From Balanoglossus misakiensis (taxonomy: Eukaryota; Animalia; Hemichordata), in assembly GCA_040954595.2 (NCBI GenBank), contig CM082593.2, positions 10,429,477 through 10,493,476 on the forward strand: a stretch of 64,000 bases of DNA. The letters run 5' to 3'. A program made the translations under genes and the position numbers. Numbering within the stretch: the stretch's first letter is position 1; each line of letters begins with the position of its first letter. Under the pieces are notes generated by a model. That model did no database searches. It was given only the letters and a program-made list of their open reading frames with translations, and was not told the origin of the DNA. Below are positions 30,001 through 40,920 of the stretch, one piece after another.

Positions 30001-33000
30001 CGACTGCAAAATCTCAAAATTTCGTCGATTTTTGAAAAAAAAACGGGTGAAAATCATCAAAAAATGACAAATTTTCCTCTTTGCAAAATCTATAAATTTC
30101 GTCGATTTTTGAAAAATTTTCAACTTTGCAAAATCTCAAAATTTCGTCGATTTTAGAAAAAAATCATGGGGGAAAATCATCAAAAAATGTCAAATTTTCG
30201 ACTGCAAAATCTCAAAATTTCGTCGATTTTTGAAATAAATCATTGTTGAAAATTATCAAAAAATGACAAATTTTCCTCTTTGCAAAATCTCAAAATTTCG
30301 TCGATTTTTTGAAAAAAGACGGGTGAAAATCATCTAAAAATGACAAATTTTCGACTTTGCAAAATCTCAAAATTTCGTTGATTTTTGAAAAAAATCATGG
30401 GGGAAAATCATCAAAAAATGACAAATTTACGACTACAAAATCTCAAAATTTCGTCGATTTGTGAAAAAAAATCATGGGTGAACATCATCAAAAAATGACA
30501 AATTTTCGACTTTGCAAAATCTCAAAATTTTGCCAATTTTGAAAAAATCATGGGTGAAAATCATCAAAAAATGACAAATTTTTTACTGCAAAATCTCAAA
30601 TTTTCGTCGATTTTTTAAAAAAATTGTTGAAAATCATCAAAAAATGACAAATTTTTGACTGCAAAATCTCAAAATTTCGTCGATTTTTGAAAAAAGACAT
30701 GGGTGAAAATCATCAAAAAATGACAAATTTTCGACTTTGCAAAATCTCAAAATTTCGTCGATTTTTGAAAAAATCATGGGTGAAAATCATGAAAAAATGA
30801 CAAATTTTCCTCTTTGCAAAATCTCAAAATTTCGTCGATTTTTTGAAAAAAGACGGGTGAAAATCATCTAAAAATGACAAATTTTCGACTTTGCAAAATC
30901 TCAAAATTTCGTTGATTTTTGAAAAAAATCATGGGGGAAAATCATCAAAAAATGACAAATTTACGACTACAAAATCTCAAAATTTCGTCGATTTGTGAAA
31001 AAAAATCATGGGTGAAAATCATCAAAAAATGACAAATTTTCGACTTTGCAAAATCTCAAAATTTCGTCGATTTTTGAAAAAATCATGGGTGAAAATCATG
31101 AAAAAATGACAAATTTTCGACTTTGCAAAATCTGAAAATTTCGTCGATTTTTGAAAAAAATCATGGGGGAAAATGATCAAAAAATGACAAATTTTCGACT
31201 GCAAAATCTCAAAATTTCGTCAATTTTGAAAAAAATCATGGTCGAAAATCATCAAATAATGACAATTTTTTTACTGCAAAATCTCAAAATTTCATCGATT
31301 TTTGAAAAAAATCATGGGTGAAAATCATCAAAAAATGACAAATTTTCGACTTTGCAAAATCTCAAAATTTCGTCGATTTTTGAAGAAAATCAAGGGTGAA
31401 AATCATCAAAAAATGACAAATTTTCGACTTTGCAAAATCTGAAAATTTCGTCGATTTTTGAAAAAAATCATGGGTGAAAATCATCAAAAAATGACAAATT
31501 TTTACTGCAAAATCTCAAAATTTCGTCGATTTTTGAAGAAAATCATGGGTGAAAATCATCAAAAAATGACAAATTTTCGACTTTTCAAAATCTCAAAATT
31601 TCGTCGATTTTTGAAAAAAAATCATGGGGAAAATGATCAAAAAATGACAAATTTTCGACTGCAAAATTTCAAAATTTCGTCAATTTTGAAAAAATCATGG
31701 GTGAAAATCATCAAAAAATGACAAATTTTCGACTGCAAAATCTCAAAATTTCGTCGATTTTTGAAAAAAAAACGGGTGAAAATCATCAAAAAATGACAAA
31801 TTTTCCTCTTTGCAAAATCTATAAATTTCGTCGATTTTTGAAAAATGTTCAACTTTGCAAAATCTCAAAATTTCGTCGATTTTAGAAAAAAATCATGGGG
31901 GAAAATCATCAAAAAATGTCAAATTTTCGACTGCAAAATCTCAAAATTTCGTCGATTTTTGAAATAAATCATTGTTGAAAATTATCAAAAAATGACAAAT
32001 TTTCCTCTTTGCAAAATCTCACAATTTCGTCGATTTTTTGAAAAAAGACGGGTGAAAACCATCAAAAAATGACAAATTTTCGACTTTGCAAAATCTCAAA
32101 ATTTTGCCAATTTTGAAAAAATCATGGGTGAAAATCATCAAAAAATGACAAATTTTTTACTGCAAAATCTCAAATTTTCGTCGATTTTTTAAAAAAATTG
32201 TTGAAAATCATCAAAAAATGACAAATTTTTGACTGCAAAATCTCAAAATTTCGTCGATTTTTGAAAAAAAATCATTGTTGAAAATCATCACAAAATGACA
32301 AATTTTCCTCTTTGCAAAATCTCAAAATTTCGTCGATTTTTTAAAAAAGACATGGGTGAAAATTATCAAAAAATGACAAATTTTAGACTTTGCAAAATCT
32401 CAAAATTTCGTCGATTTTTGAAAAAAAATCATGGAGTAAAATCATTAAAAAATGACAAATTTACGACTGCAAAATCTCAAAATTTCGTCGATTTGTGAAA
32501 AAAAATCATGGGTGAAAATCATCAAAAAATGACAAATTTTTGACTGCAAAACCTCAAAATTTCGTCAATTTTTGAAAAAAATCATGGTTGAAAATCATCA
32601 TGACAATGACAAATTTTCGACTTTGCAAAATCTCAAAATTTCGTCGATTTTGAAAAAAATCATGGGTTCGTCCATTTTTGAAAAAAAAACATTGGGTGAA
32701 AATCATCAAAAAATGACAAATTTTCGACTTTGCAAAATCTCAAAATTTCGTCGATTTTTGAAGAAAATCATGGGTGAAAATCATCAAAAAATGACAAATT
32801 TTCGACTTTGCAAAATCTCAAAATTTCGTCTATTTTTGAAAAAAATCATGGGGGAAAATCATCAAAAAATTACAAATTTTCGACTTCAAAATCTCAAAAT
32901 TTCGTCAATTTTGAAAAAAATCATCGGTGAAAATCATCAAAAAATTACAAATTTTTTACTGCAAAATCTCAAATTTTCGTCGATTTTTTAAAAAAATTGT

Positions 33001-33153
33001 TGAAAATCATCAAAAAATGACAAATTTTCCTCTCTTGCAAAATCTCAAAATTTCGTCGATTTTTGAAAAAAGACGGGTGAAAATCATCAAAAAATGACAA
33101 ATTTTCGACTTTGCAAAATCTCAAAATTTCGTCGATTTTTGAAAAAAATCATG
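1..33153. repeat. AT-rich satellite DNA array, ~78-bp monomer with higher-order repeat structure (possibly centromeric/pericentromeric)
   Basis: Uninterrupted tandem copies of TGCAAAATCTCAAAATTTCGTCGATTTTTGAAAAAAATCATGGGTGAAAATCATCAAAAAATGACAAATTTTCGACTT (78 bp; the ORF track shows the matching 26-aa period). Includes ~42-bp half-monomers (GAAAAAAAAACGGGTGAAAATCATCAAAAAATGACAAATTTT) and 76/81-bp variants. Ends sharply at ...AAAATCATG|GCAGGTG. Confidence 0.98.
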
Positions 33154-34035
33154 GCAGGTGTCAAAGGTATCCCCCTGTATTTGGCATTTCATGATAGTTT
33201 CATCCCTCCAAATACCAAAGCTGCACCTGTACAACGGGATGAGATATGGCACTGTATGACAGAGGTCATCAAAATCACCTTATACATTTGGGCAAAAACC
33301 AACTGACACTTACATTCGTCCCTGTGGAACAAAAACCACACCTATCGCCCTGTTGGTTAGTGTCCAATTAAATGTACAAAATCAATGACTTAGGCAGGTG
33401 CAACAGGTGACCCCGCCTTTGGTATGTCATTATGGTCCCATCCGTATATGCCCCCCCCCCCCCCCAAGCCAAAGCTGCATGCATCTTCTGTAGATGCTCA
33501 CTAAGCAAAAGTAGGTGAAAGGTCACATAAGGTCGCCCACAACTTGACGGGAAAATCGGACTTCATATTGATCCATGTGCAACAAATACCACGCTACCAC
33601 CCCTTTCATTGACCCCACAATTACGCATGCACATAATTATTGAGTTACGCAGGTGTCACAGGTGACCCCCGAATCGGGTGTATTATTTTGGTCCCATACA
33701 GCTGCATGTAGCTGCGTGCCGTTACGGGCGACCTGATAACCCACACGGCCACCTGCGGGCCGACCCCCATACTGAACGTCCAGTTGCAACATCACGACTG
33801 AAGTAGGAACTTTTGAACGGCAACGAAGCCTGATCTCTGATTATTGCTGGTACCATACTCCCTTCGTGCAAGAAAATCACTGGTCTGCTGACGTATTTCA
33901 GGCAATTTCCCAAACTACTATCCACTACATGTGACTACAATGCTAATGAAACCTCCCACAACATTAGCGACTTAGAGTCAAAGCCCACTGCCAGTGTAGC
34001 CGGGTTTGCGTAGACACATTTGAATGGCAACAGCT
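33154..34035. repeat. Degenerate ~245-bp-period repeat region abutting the satellite
   Basis: GCAGGTG(T/C)...AGGT.A.CCCC recurs at 33154, 33394 and 33649. The block ~33840-33985 (AATCACTGGTCTG...TGCTAATGA...GTCAAAG) is repeated at ~37222-37376 on the other side of the LINE. Confidence 0.55.
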
Positions 34036-34149
34036 AACAAATAATAATAATTCTTTATTTCAGACTTTAAAAAAAGTCCATATACCCAAAAGAGAGAAGA
34101 AAAAAAAAAATAATAATAATCTGACACTGAGACACACACAAAAAAAAAC

Positions 34150-37100
34150 TTACATGATATACAATTGCTTTCGCCAATGTTTGAAAAATATGCTGTCAGT
34201 CGCTCTATCTGATGAACAGATCGCATCAAGTAAAACATTAGAAGAATTTTCGAGTCTACGCTTAAGATGGGTCCCTGGGATCTTTTTGCTCGTTGCTATG
34301 GGCCTTTATAGGACATTACACCCCGATTTGGACTAAGCCGTTTTCAGAGTCTAACAAGGGGCTGGTAACTAGTTGAAAATCTGCACGATTGTGAGCGCGC
34401 GCCCCCTGACGCCATTGATATGAAAATTAGCTAGGTCAAATTTCAAAAGCCTAAGGCTTTTTATTCCGTGACCTCAAAAACGAACTTGATACGTATTCAT
34501 TAGTTGCTTGAACCAGGGAAGATCGTGACGGATTTTGTTTTCGAATATTATCGTTGTATCCTAAGATTTCAGCATACCCGTACCACACCTGAAAAAGTCA
34601 TCGATTTTGGGTGTTTTTGGACGCACTCTTCCAGCGGTATCGCTTCTTAGCACGACGAAAACCGAAAAAACGATCCGTCACACTGTGCGGAAGTGCGTTC
34701 TCAACAAGCAGGTCAAATTTGACTGGCGTACGTGGCCTATGAAAAAAGCCTTAGGGATTTTCGTGAACGGTACAAAATCTCTGTGTACAAAACATTGGAT
34801 TTTTAGCGTTCGATCCAGTTACTGTGGTTACAGGACGTGCACGCTATCGCTGACCGCTGCTTTGCCGTATTAGCGTGGCGGCCTATGGCCGGGTGGTAGC
34901 TGCCGTAAACATACTCGGACAGGGGGTGTGCACACAATCGTGCAGATTTTCAACTAGTTACCAGCCCCTTGTTAGACTCTGAAAACGGCTTAGTCCAAAT
35001 CGGGGTGTAATGTCCTATAAAGGCCCATAGCAACGAGCAAAGAGATCCCAGGGACCCATCTTAAAACTGTACATATTGCGTCTAAAAACTTCACCAAGTG
35101 ACAATACATGTACATGGTTTGTAGCAAACATACCCGATGCACAGCAAAATGGCGGAAGACCGAGAAATCTTCTCCAAACATTATTGTACATAGTTTTAAA
35201 TTTTTTCATCGGTTTAACTTTAAAGGATGCCCACAAACTGCAACAGTAAATATTACTACAATATGCCAAAAATAAAACTTTCTTCACATCTTGACTACAA
35301 TGTTGAAAATGTCTCAATAGCATGTTTGCTCTTACACAAAATGCTCTTCTCTGTCGTTCAATATCTTCATTATCACAACCATCACAAGATATAACATGGC
35401 CCAGATAGGTGTGTACAGGTACAAACTTTAAAGTGATGTCATTAAGTTTAACCGAAGGAATTCTTTGAACGCTCATATTCTTCCCATTAAAAAGCATGCA
35501 CACAGTTTTACTAGAATTATAAATGATATCATAATCCTTGCCATAAATTTCACAAATTCTAAGAAGACGGCGTAGACCCTTAATACTTGGACTGAGTAGA
35601 GTCATGTCGTCAGCGTAACCTAAAGTGTTAGCGCTGACACCAGACATGGTACAGCCAACTTTGGCTTTACAGAGTGCATTGATAATATCATCAATGTAGA
35701 CATTAAAAAGATAGGGAGAGAGTACCCCCCCCCCCCCTTGTCTTACACCGTTAGAAACAGAAAACAACTCTGAGGGTTCATTACCCCACAACACAGTAAA
35801 CAATTGATTTCTGTACCATTAATATAAAATTCGTACAGCATACAAGGGAACATTCCTGTCGATGTGCTTGTTAATTATAACCAGTTTAAAGTGATTAACT
35901 CTGTCAAAAGCTTTTGAAGCATCCAGAAAACAAGTAAACACTGGTCTTCCATTGCTGGTGTAGTAGCTAATGATTTCTTTAAATGCAAATAAACACAGGT
36001 CAGTTGAATGTTCTCGCTTGAAACCAAATTGTAAATAATGAGAGGTAAGAAACTCCTCACAACGAAAAAGTAAAATATGCTCAAAAACTTTAGAGAAAAC
36101 AGTTGCTAGTGCTATCGGCCGGTAGTTACTGGCATCACTACAAAGCTTAGTTTTATCCTTAATAATTGGAACTAAATTAACATTGATAGCCTCAGTTGGC
36201 AGGTAACCATGAACAATCATTGCATTAATACAACAAGTCAGAAAGGGTAAAATAGAGGAGTCTGAGAATTTGAGGTGCTCAGCTAAAATATTGTCAATGC
36301 CAGCTGTCTTACCGTCAGGTAACTTATGTATAGCAGAAATTACTTCGTCTTCAGAAACATACATATCAGAAGAAAATTTAACATACTTCATTTTCTCCTC
36401 GATGTCATTTTTACCAGTCTGAGCCTTGACAGAATTCAAAATATCACTGAAATGCTTGTGCCACATAATTGCAATTTCACTCTCACCAGTCGCTCCACCT
36501 ACAGTGTCAGAAAGCGGCGTTTTTCTGCTAGTTTGCTTTCTGACTTCCTCCCAGAAGTCGTTCTGTTTGTGGCAGCGTAAATTATCAGCCATCTTGTCAG
36601 CCCTATTTTGATTCTCAATCTTTTTACAAGCACGTAAAGCATACTAAAAACGAGCTCTGGAAGATTTCATGGTTTCAAAAAGCGGGCCTTGTTTAGGTTT
36701 ACCCACATTAACCCATAATAAAAACATGGAACGGGCATAGTCGTGACTTTCTTTTACAAAATCGTTCCAGCCAGGCACAACATGAACTTTCTGGTGAAAC
36801 TTACGTCTAATGGTATCTTTTGCAGCACAATTCAATGCGTCCACAATACTACTATAACAAGTATCAATTGCCTGTAAATGCGAAGGGTCTGTACAGTTCA
36901 CATTAGTGCAGAATAACTCTTCGGATAAATTAATCTTATCAATCTTGGCTTTGGTACAACCGGTGTAGGCGGATATATTCTGCTGTGACAATTTTTTCCA
37001 ATCAACTCGAAAATTACATTGCTTGAAGGAACTACTGCTGAAGCTTTCATCAGCAGAAGTGTTGAAATGAACCTCTATTGAAACAGGAATATGGTCGGAG

Positions 37101-37180
37101 TCAACAACATTGCAAAGACTCGAAATTGAAAGAACATTGCTATGAGAAATTTCAGTGGTAACACAGTAGTCAATCCAAAC
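34150..37180 (-). pseudogene. LINE ORF2 (endonuclease-reverse transcriptase) pseudogene
   Basis: Two in-frame stops, a poly-G expansion in GVRQGGGGVLSP and a MITE insertion. After removing the MITE the frame continues MYSFK-RRLENSSNVLLDAICSSDRATDSIFFKHWRKQLYIM* to a stop at 34150-34152. Confidence 0.9.
34266..35060. mobile_element. 795-bp non-autonomous DNA transposon (MITE), 128-bp TIRs, TTAA TSD, Kolobok-like
   Basis: TTAA at 34262-34265 and 35061-35064. TIRs 34266-34393 and 34933-35060 (GATGGGTCCCTGGGATC...) differ at only ~1 position. Purine-purine 5' termini with a TTAA TSD fit Kolobok rather than piggyBac (CC termini). Confidence 0.92.
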
Positions 37181-37424
37181 TCAGCGTAATTCAATAAAAC
37201 GCCCTAACACAGCCTGAACTCCGATAATGTGTTGTCCCAAAATTCATTCCGTGGAGAATAATCACTGGTCTGTTTACGTATTTCAGCCGATTTTCCAAGG
37301 ACTACTGCAACCCGCCAGAAGTGAGTAGCCTGCTAATGAGATCTCCACAACATAACGTAATGACGGTCAAAGTCCGATGCCCCAGTGTCCGTCCTCAGCC
37401 CACCAAAAAAAGCGAAAAAATATT

Positions 37425-37781
37425 ACAAAAATCTTCTTCTCAAAATCGACGTGGCCTAGGACCTTGAAATTTGGCACAGGGGATTTTGGCCACATGGTCT
37501 ACAAAAATCGCGAAAAGAATGTACATGCCCCCATTAACGTGCAAATTAGGTCAATTTGAAAATTTCGCTCGATTATAGCAACAAAGTCACGTGACTAATT
37601 ACAAATTCAAAGGGCTGGTGCACCAGTACTATGGGCCCCAACCACCGTGCCAAATTTGGAAGGCGCACCTGCCGGAATTTCAGAGAAAAACGGGCGCAAA
37701 AAAACGACTCAAGAAGAAAGAAGACAAACTCCAGCAATAACAGAAGGGGACCAAGCGCCTGAGGGCTCTTGGTCCCCTAAA
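37425..37781 (-). mobile_element. Helentron/HINE-like non-autonomous element terminus
   Basis: The minus strand begins TTTAGGGGACCAAG-(12 nt)-CTTGGTCCCCT (hairpin 37745-37778), followed by a TTCTT-type microsatellite and an AAATTTGGCAC core motif. A core-type motif AAAATCTTCTTCTC...GAAATTTGGCA...TGCAAATTAG at 37428-37550 resembles the HINE cores at 52.1-52.4 kb. Confidence 0.55.
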
Positions 37782-38520
37782 TATGGGACTAAACTTGACA
37801 GATACCCGGAATATTTTCCTATTCAGGATACCTGGTTGCATTTCCACCTAAAGGCGTCCTATTGGCGTGGAAATTGTATAACTTGAAATCGTTTGACTGG
37901 GTGATAGGTATTAATATCTTATGATGTTATAAAACACTTGGCTCGCCGAAGGTATGGACCGATTATAGCGTCAGTCGTGTCATACAATCTATATGAACGT
38001 CATGGGTCAATAAACTTGATGGTCCAATAAAATTCAATGGTTAGTAAAACTAGTGTGTCCAATGCCTGCAGAGTATACTGGCTGCAACATGTGTATGAGT
38101 CAGGATTAATGTCTGTAGCCATCAACCCAAAAGGTGAACGTCCTATTCTCACTAACTTAAATAGGTTTTGCGACCTAGTCTAGTTATAAAAACCTTATGA
38201 TAAAGTCGACACAATTTCAAGATGACGATGTGCAAATGAGAGTTCATAAGCTAAAGTAAAGTTCAATGAATTCTATACAAAGTTCAAAAAAGATTGTTTA
38301 CTAAAGGAAGACATGAAAAAACTGATATCGTCTCTTCATATTCGTACATGTCCAACTGTTGTGATTTGACCCCTCCCCCCCCCCCCCAGGACATGGTACA
38401 TGAAGCTATTACTTAGTACACACTTAAACAATTGGCATTTGAAGTGCCTTGCTTGACAGTGTTTAATGCGGTGGTCAGTCGCGTTTATCTCTCGCCACTT
38501 CATGCATCATGTCGCCTTAA

Positions 38521-38830
38521 AGGGGCAAACTCTCTCTCCCGTCGCCCTTTTCTATTAATAATGTTTGATACAAGACACCGTTTATATTAATGGGCATGTG
38601 TATATGTAGTGAATGAACGTTCAACCACACACAACTTCCATCCTGCTTGTATGATATGAGAGTAAAAACTCGCCCAAAATGAATAAATGGTAGAGACCGA
38701 TTTTTCAGTTTGGCGAGTTTTCGCTCTCGTGTCTACATGCGGGATGGAAGGTGTGTGCGGTTGAACGTTGCATCACTATATATCCACATTTACATTAACA
38801 TAAACGGTGTTTTGTATTGTCATTTCTTTT
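38521..38830. mobile_element. TTAA-type foldback MITE, copy 1 (degenerate right end)
   Basis: TTAA|AGGGGCA start and long internal inverted arms (GATACAAGACACCGTTTAT...GAACGTTCAACC / GGTTGAACGTT...ATAAACGGTGTTTTGTAT). Homologous to 39612-39902. Confidence 0.75.
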
Positions 38831-39611
38831 AATCGTGGATTTTCGTTTCTGATTTGTATGTATAATGAAAATCCATTTTGGGTCACTGCACTTGTTTTCG
38901 ACTTTAAACAAGGCCGTGAATTTAGTCGATAATTGAAGAAAACTGCTGACGGTCAGCATTTTCTACCAATGGTTTGCCTATGGATACAATATTGAACAAA
39001 GTTTATCTCAAAATAGACCGTGGTGAATTTATTTTGATTTGTCGGAGCTATGTGTAAAATTTCCTGAAAATGACAATAATAGAAGGGAGTTTTCTAACTA
39101 TTATCCATGTACTCCTATGGGAAGAGACACAGGCGCACAGTTTACCAGTTGACGTTCTGCGGTTACATCATTGAGTGTACTGGCAGCTAACTTATTGTTT
39201 ATTTGTAACAGCAATTGGATCTTGGAGCACTGTTTGGAACACCCTTTGTGAAATATGAATGTCCAGAAGGTAAGTTGAATTGACCCTAGCCCTTTCACCA
39301 ACATGGTTCAGTCAAAACCAATTGTTTTCTATGGTAATGTTGGACCTCTAAAGAGGAAACGGGGGGGGGGGGGGTGATGAAAGGTTTAAGACTTACAGAT
39401 CACAACTTAAATAGCCATTCAGAAAGAGGCTTAGAGTGGAGTATCAAATCGGACGATACCACTGACTGGTGGAGGAAGACAAAATAAGCAAACTGAGTAG
39501 ATGAGTGCTCAGATTTCTTCAGAGGACCAAACGTTTCAAAGAATTATACGTGACAATCCATGCCTGGTCCGTCAGTAGATATAAACAGAACATTGTGGCT
39601 GTATTCATTAA

Positions 39612-39902
39612 AGGGACAAAGTCTCTCTCTCGCTGCCCTTTTTCCATTAATTATGTTTGATACAAGACTGCGTTTATATTATTCTACATGTGGATATAGT
39701 GAATCAACGTTCAACCATACACACCTTCCACTCCGCTTGTATAGACACGAGAGTTTTAAAAAGTCGCCAAAATGAATAAACGGTCTCTACCATTTATTCA
39801 TTTCGGGCGGGTTTTTACTCTCGTATCATACAAGCGGGATGGAAGTTGTGTGTGGTTGAACGTTCATTCACTAACATAAACGGTGTCTTGTATCATGTCC
39901 CT
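39612..39902. mobile_element. TTAA-type foldback MITE, copy 2 (Kolobok-like)
   Basis: TTAA|AGGGACA ... TGTCCCT|TTAA, with ~110-bp imperfect inverted arms. Confidence 0.85.
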
Positions 39903-40681
39903 TTAACACTTTTGAAGCATTTTACTAATGCTAACATGACTAGACCAATTGAATGATGTTACATTGCAGGTTATCAACTCAGAGGGGCGTCTTGTTATAA
40001 AGCGGTACCTGACAAACAATCAGCTGGCAACGCTGAAAATACCTGTCAGTCGTAAGTATGAAAGTATACATCATTTGAGTAGAATTTTATGGGAGATCCT
40101 AACAAGGCTTGGACATGTCACGCACAAATACAAAGGGCGCGTATAAAGACAGACAAAACCTCGCTTAGTGTGAGGTGTTCAGCGATTGCATCTGATAAGT
40201 CGAAAATGCTTGATCACATGTCATGTTCAGTTGGGAAATTGGATATGTCTCAGGCCAAAAAAACTAATATGTGCTATTCCGATTACATGGTTTTCAAAAA
40301 TAGGGTAGGTAGAAAGGGACATTTTTTTATGTTTCAATTTTTTTATATCTTTGGCCGTCGTAGTGTAGAAGAATGACATCATAGTTCTTGCGTGATTCTC
40401 GCAATTTTCATGAATTGTTGTATATTTGACATCGTTATTTTTACTTCCGGTTTACGAAGATCTAAACTGTTTTGGGTCGGCGGGCTAAAATTAGGGTAGT
40501 TCGGGTAATCGTTATGACATTGGGAGCTACGGCTGCAAAGCCATGTGTCTCGTGCGAAAAGGGCCCTTAACCTTTTGCAATATTTAACAGCAAACAACAG
40601 ACAGTTTTGAGAATAAAAGGTTTCCGTCGTGTCTGACTTTCATATCGCATTAATAGCATATCCCTAAATTTAAAGAAATTA

Positions 40682-40920
40682 GGAGAGACAGAGTGAAACA
40701 GGCAGAGTGGCAGACAGACACAAGCAGACAGACAGAGCAACATTCATCAGTAGAGACACTCATCGGTCGCTCGCTCGCTCGCTCGCTCACTCTCTCTCTC
40801 AGAGAGAGGGGGCAGACAGTCAGACAGACCGACGTTGACAGACAGTCAGTAAGTCAGTCAGCCAGTTAATCAGTCAGTCAGACGTCAAAGACACAGTGAC
40901 ACAAACACAGCGAGGGAGAC
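40682..40920. repeat. Compound degenerate microsatellite (GACA/CGCT/CT/CAGT)
   Basis: Runs of CAGA, (CGCT)5, (CT)n/(AG)n and (CAGT)n. Confidence 0.8.

Larger units (their letters stand above)
34040..37180 (-). mobile_element. 5'-truncated non-LTR retrotransposon (LINE; APE endonuclease C-terminus + reverse transcriptase), inactivated
   Basis: The minus-strand reading frame contains WIDYCV...DSDHIPV (end of the APE domain, ~37180-37080), NYRPIAL, QFGFK, FLDASKAFDRVNH, GVRQG..LSP and YADD. ORF pieces 36644-36991, 35819-36592 and 35015-35803 share one frame, separated by premature stops at ~36644 and ~35819. The 3' end reads GTCTGAAATAAAG followed by an (ATT)n tail at ~34040-34063. Confidence 0.93.

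Noticed and set aside
1-33153. CRISPR-like array or CENP-B box
   Set aside because: There are no unique spacers between repeats and no cas genes. TTCG and CGGG never occur at the NTTCGNNNNANNCGGGN spacing in the monomers I examined.
25-33306. More than 100 short K/F-rich ORFs in the satellite
   Set aside because: These are translations of the 78-bp monomer, constantly broken by A-tract length variation, so not genes.
33840-37376. LTR pair around the RT region
   Set aside because: The repeats are heavily diverged and lack TG..CA ends, PBS and PPT. The RT is clearly non-LTR type, with an APE domain and a microsatellite tail.
38878-38990. Similarity to ~55940-56035 (GGGGTCAC..C.CTTGTTTT...TGAATTTAGTCGATAATTGAA)
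   Set aside because: Probably fragments of an old dispersed repeat. The boundaries and class cannot be supported, so it is not annotated.
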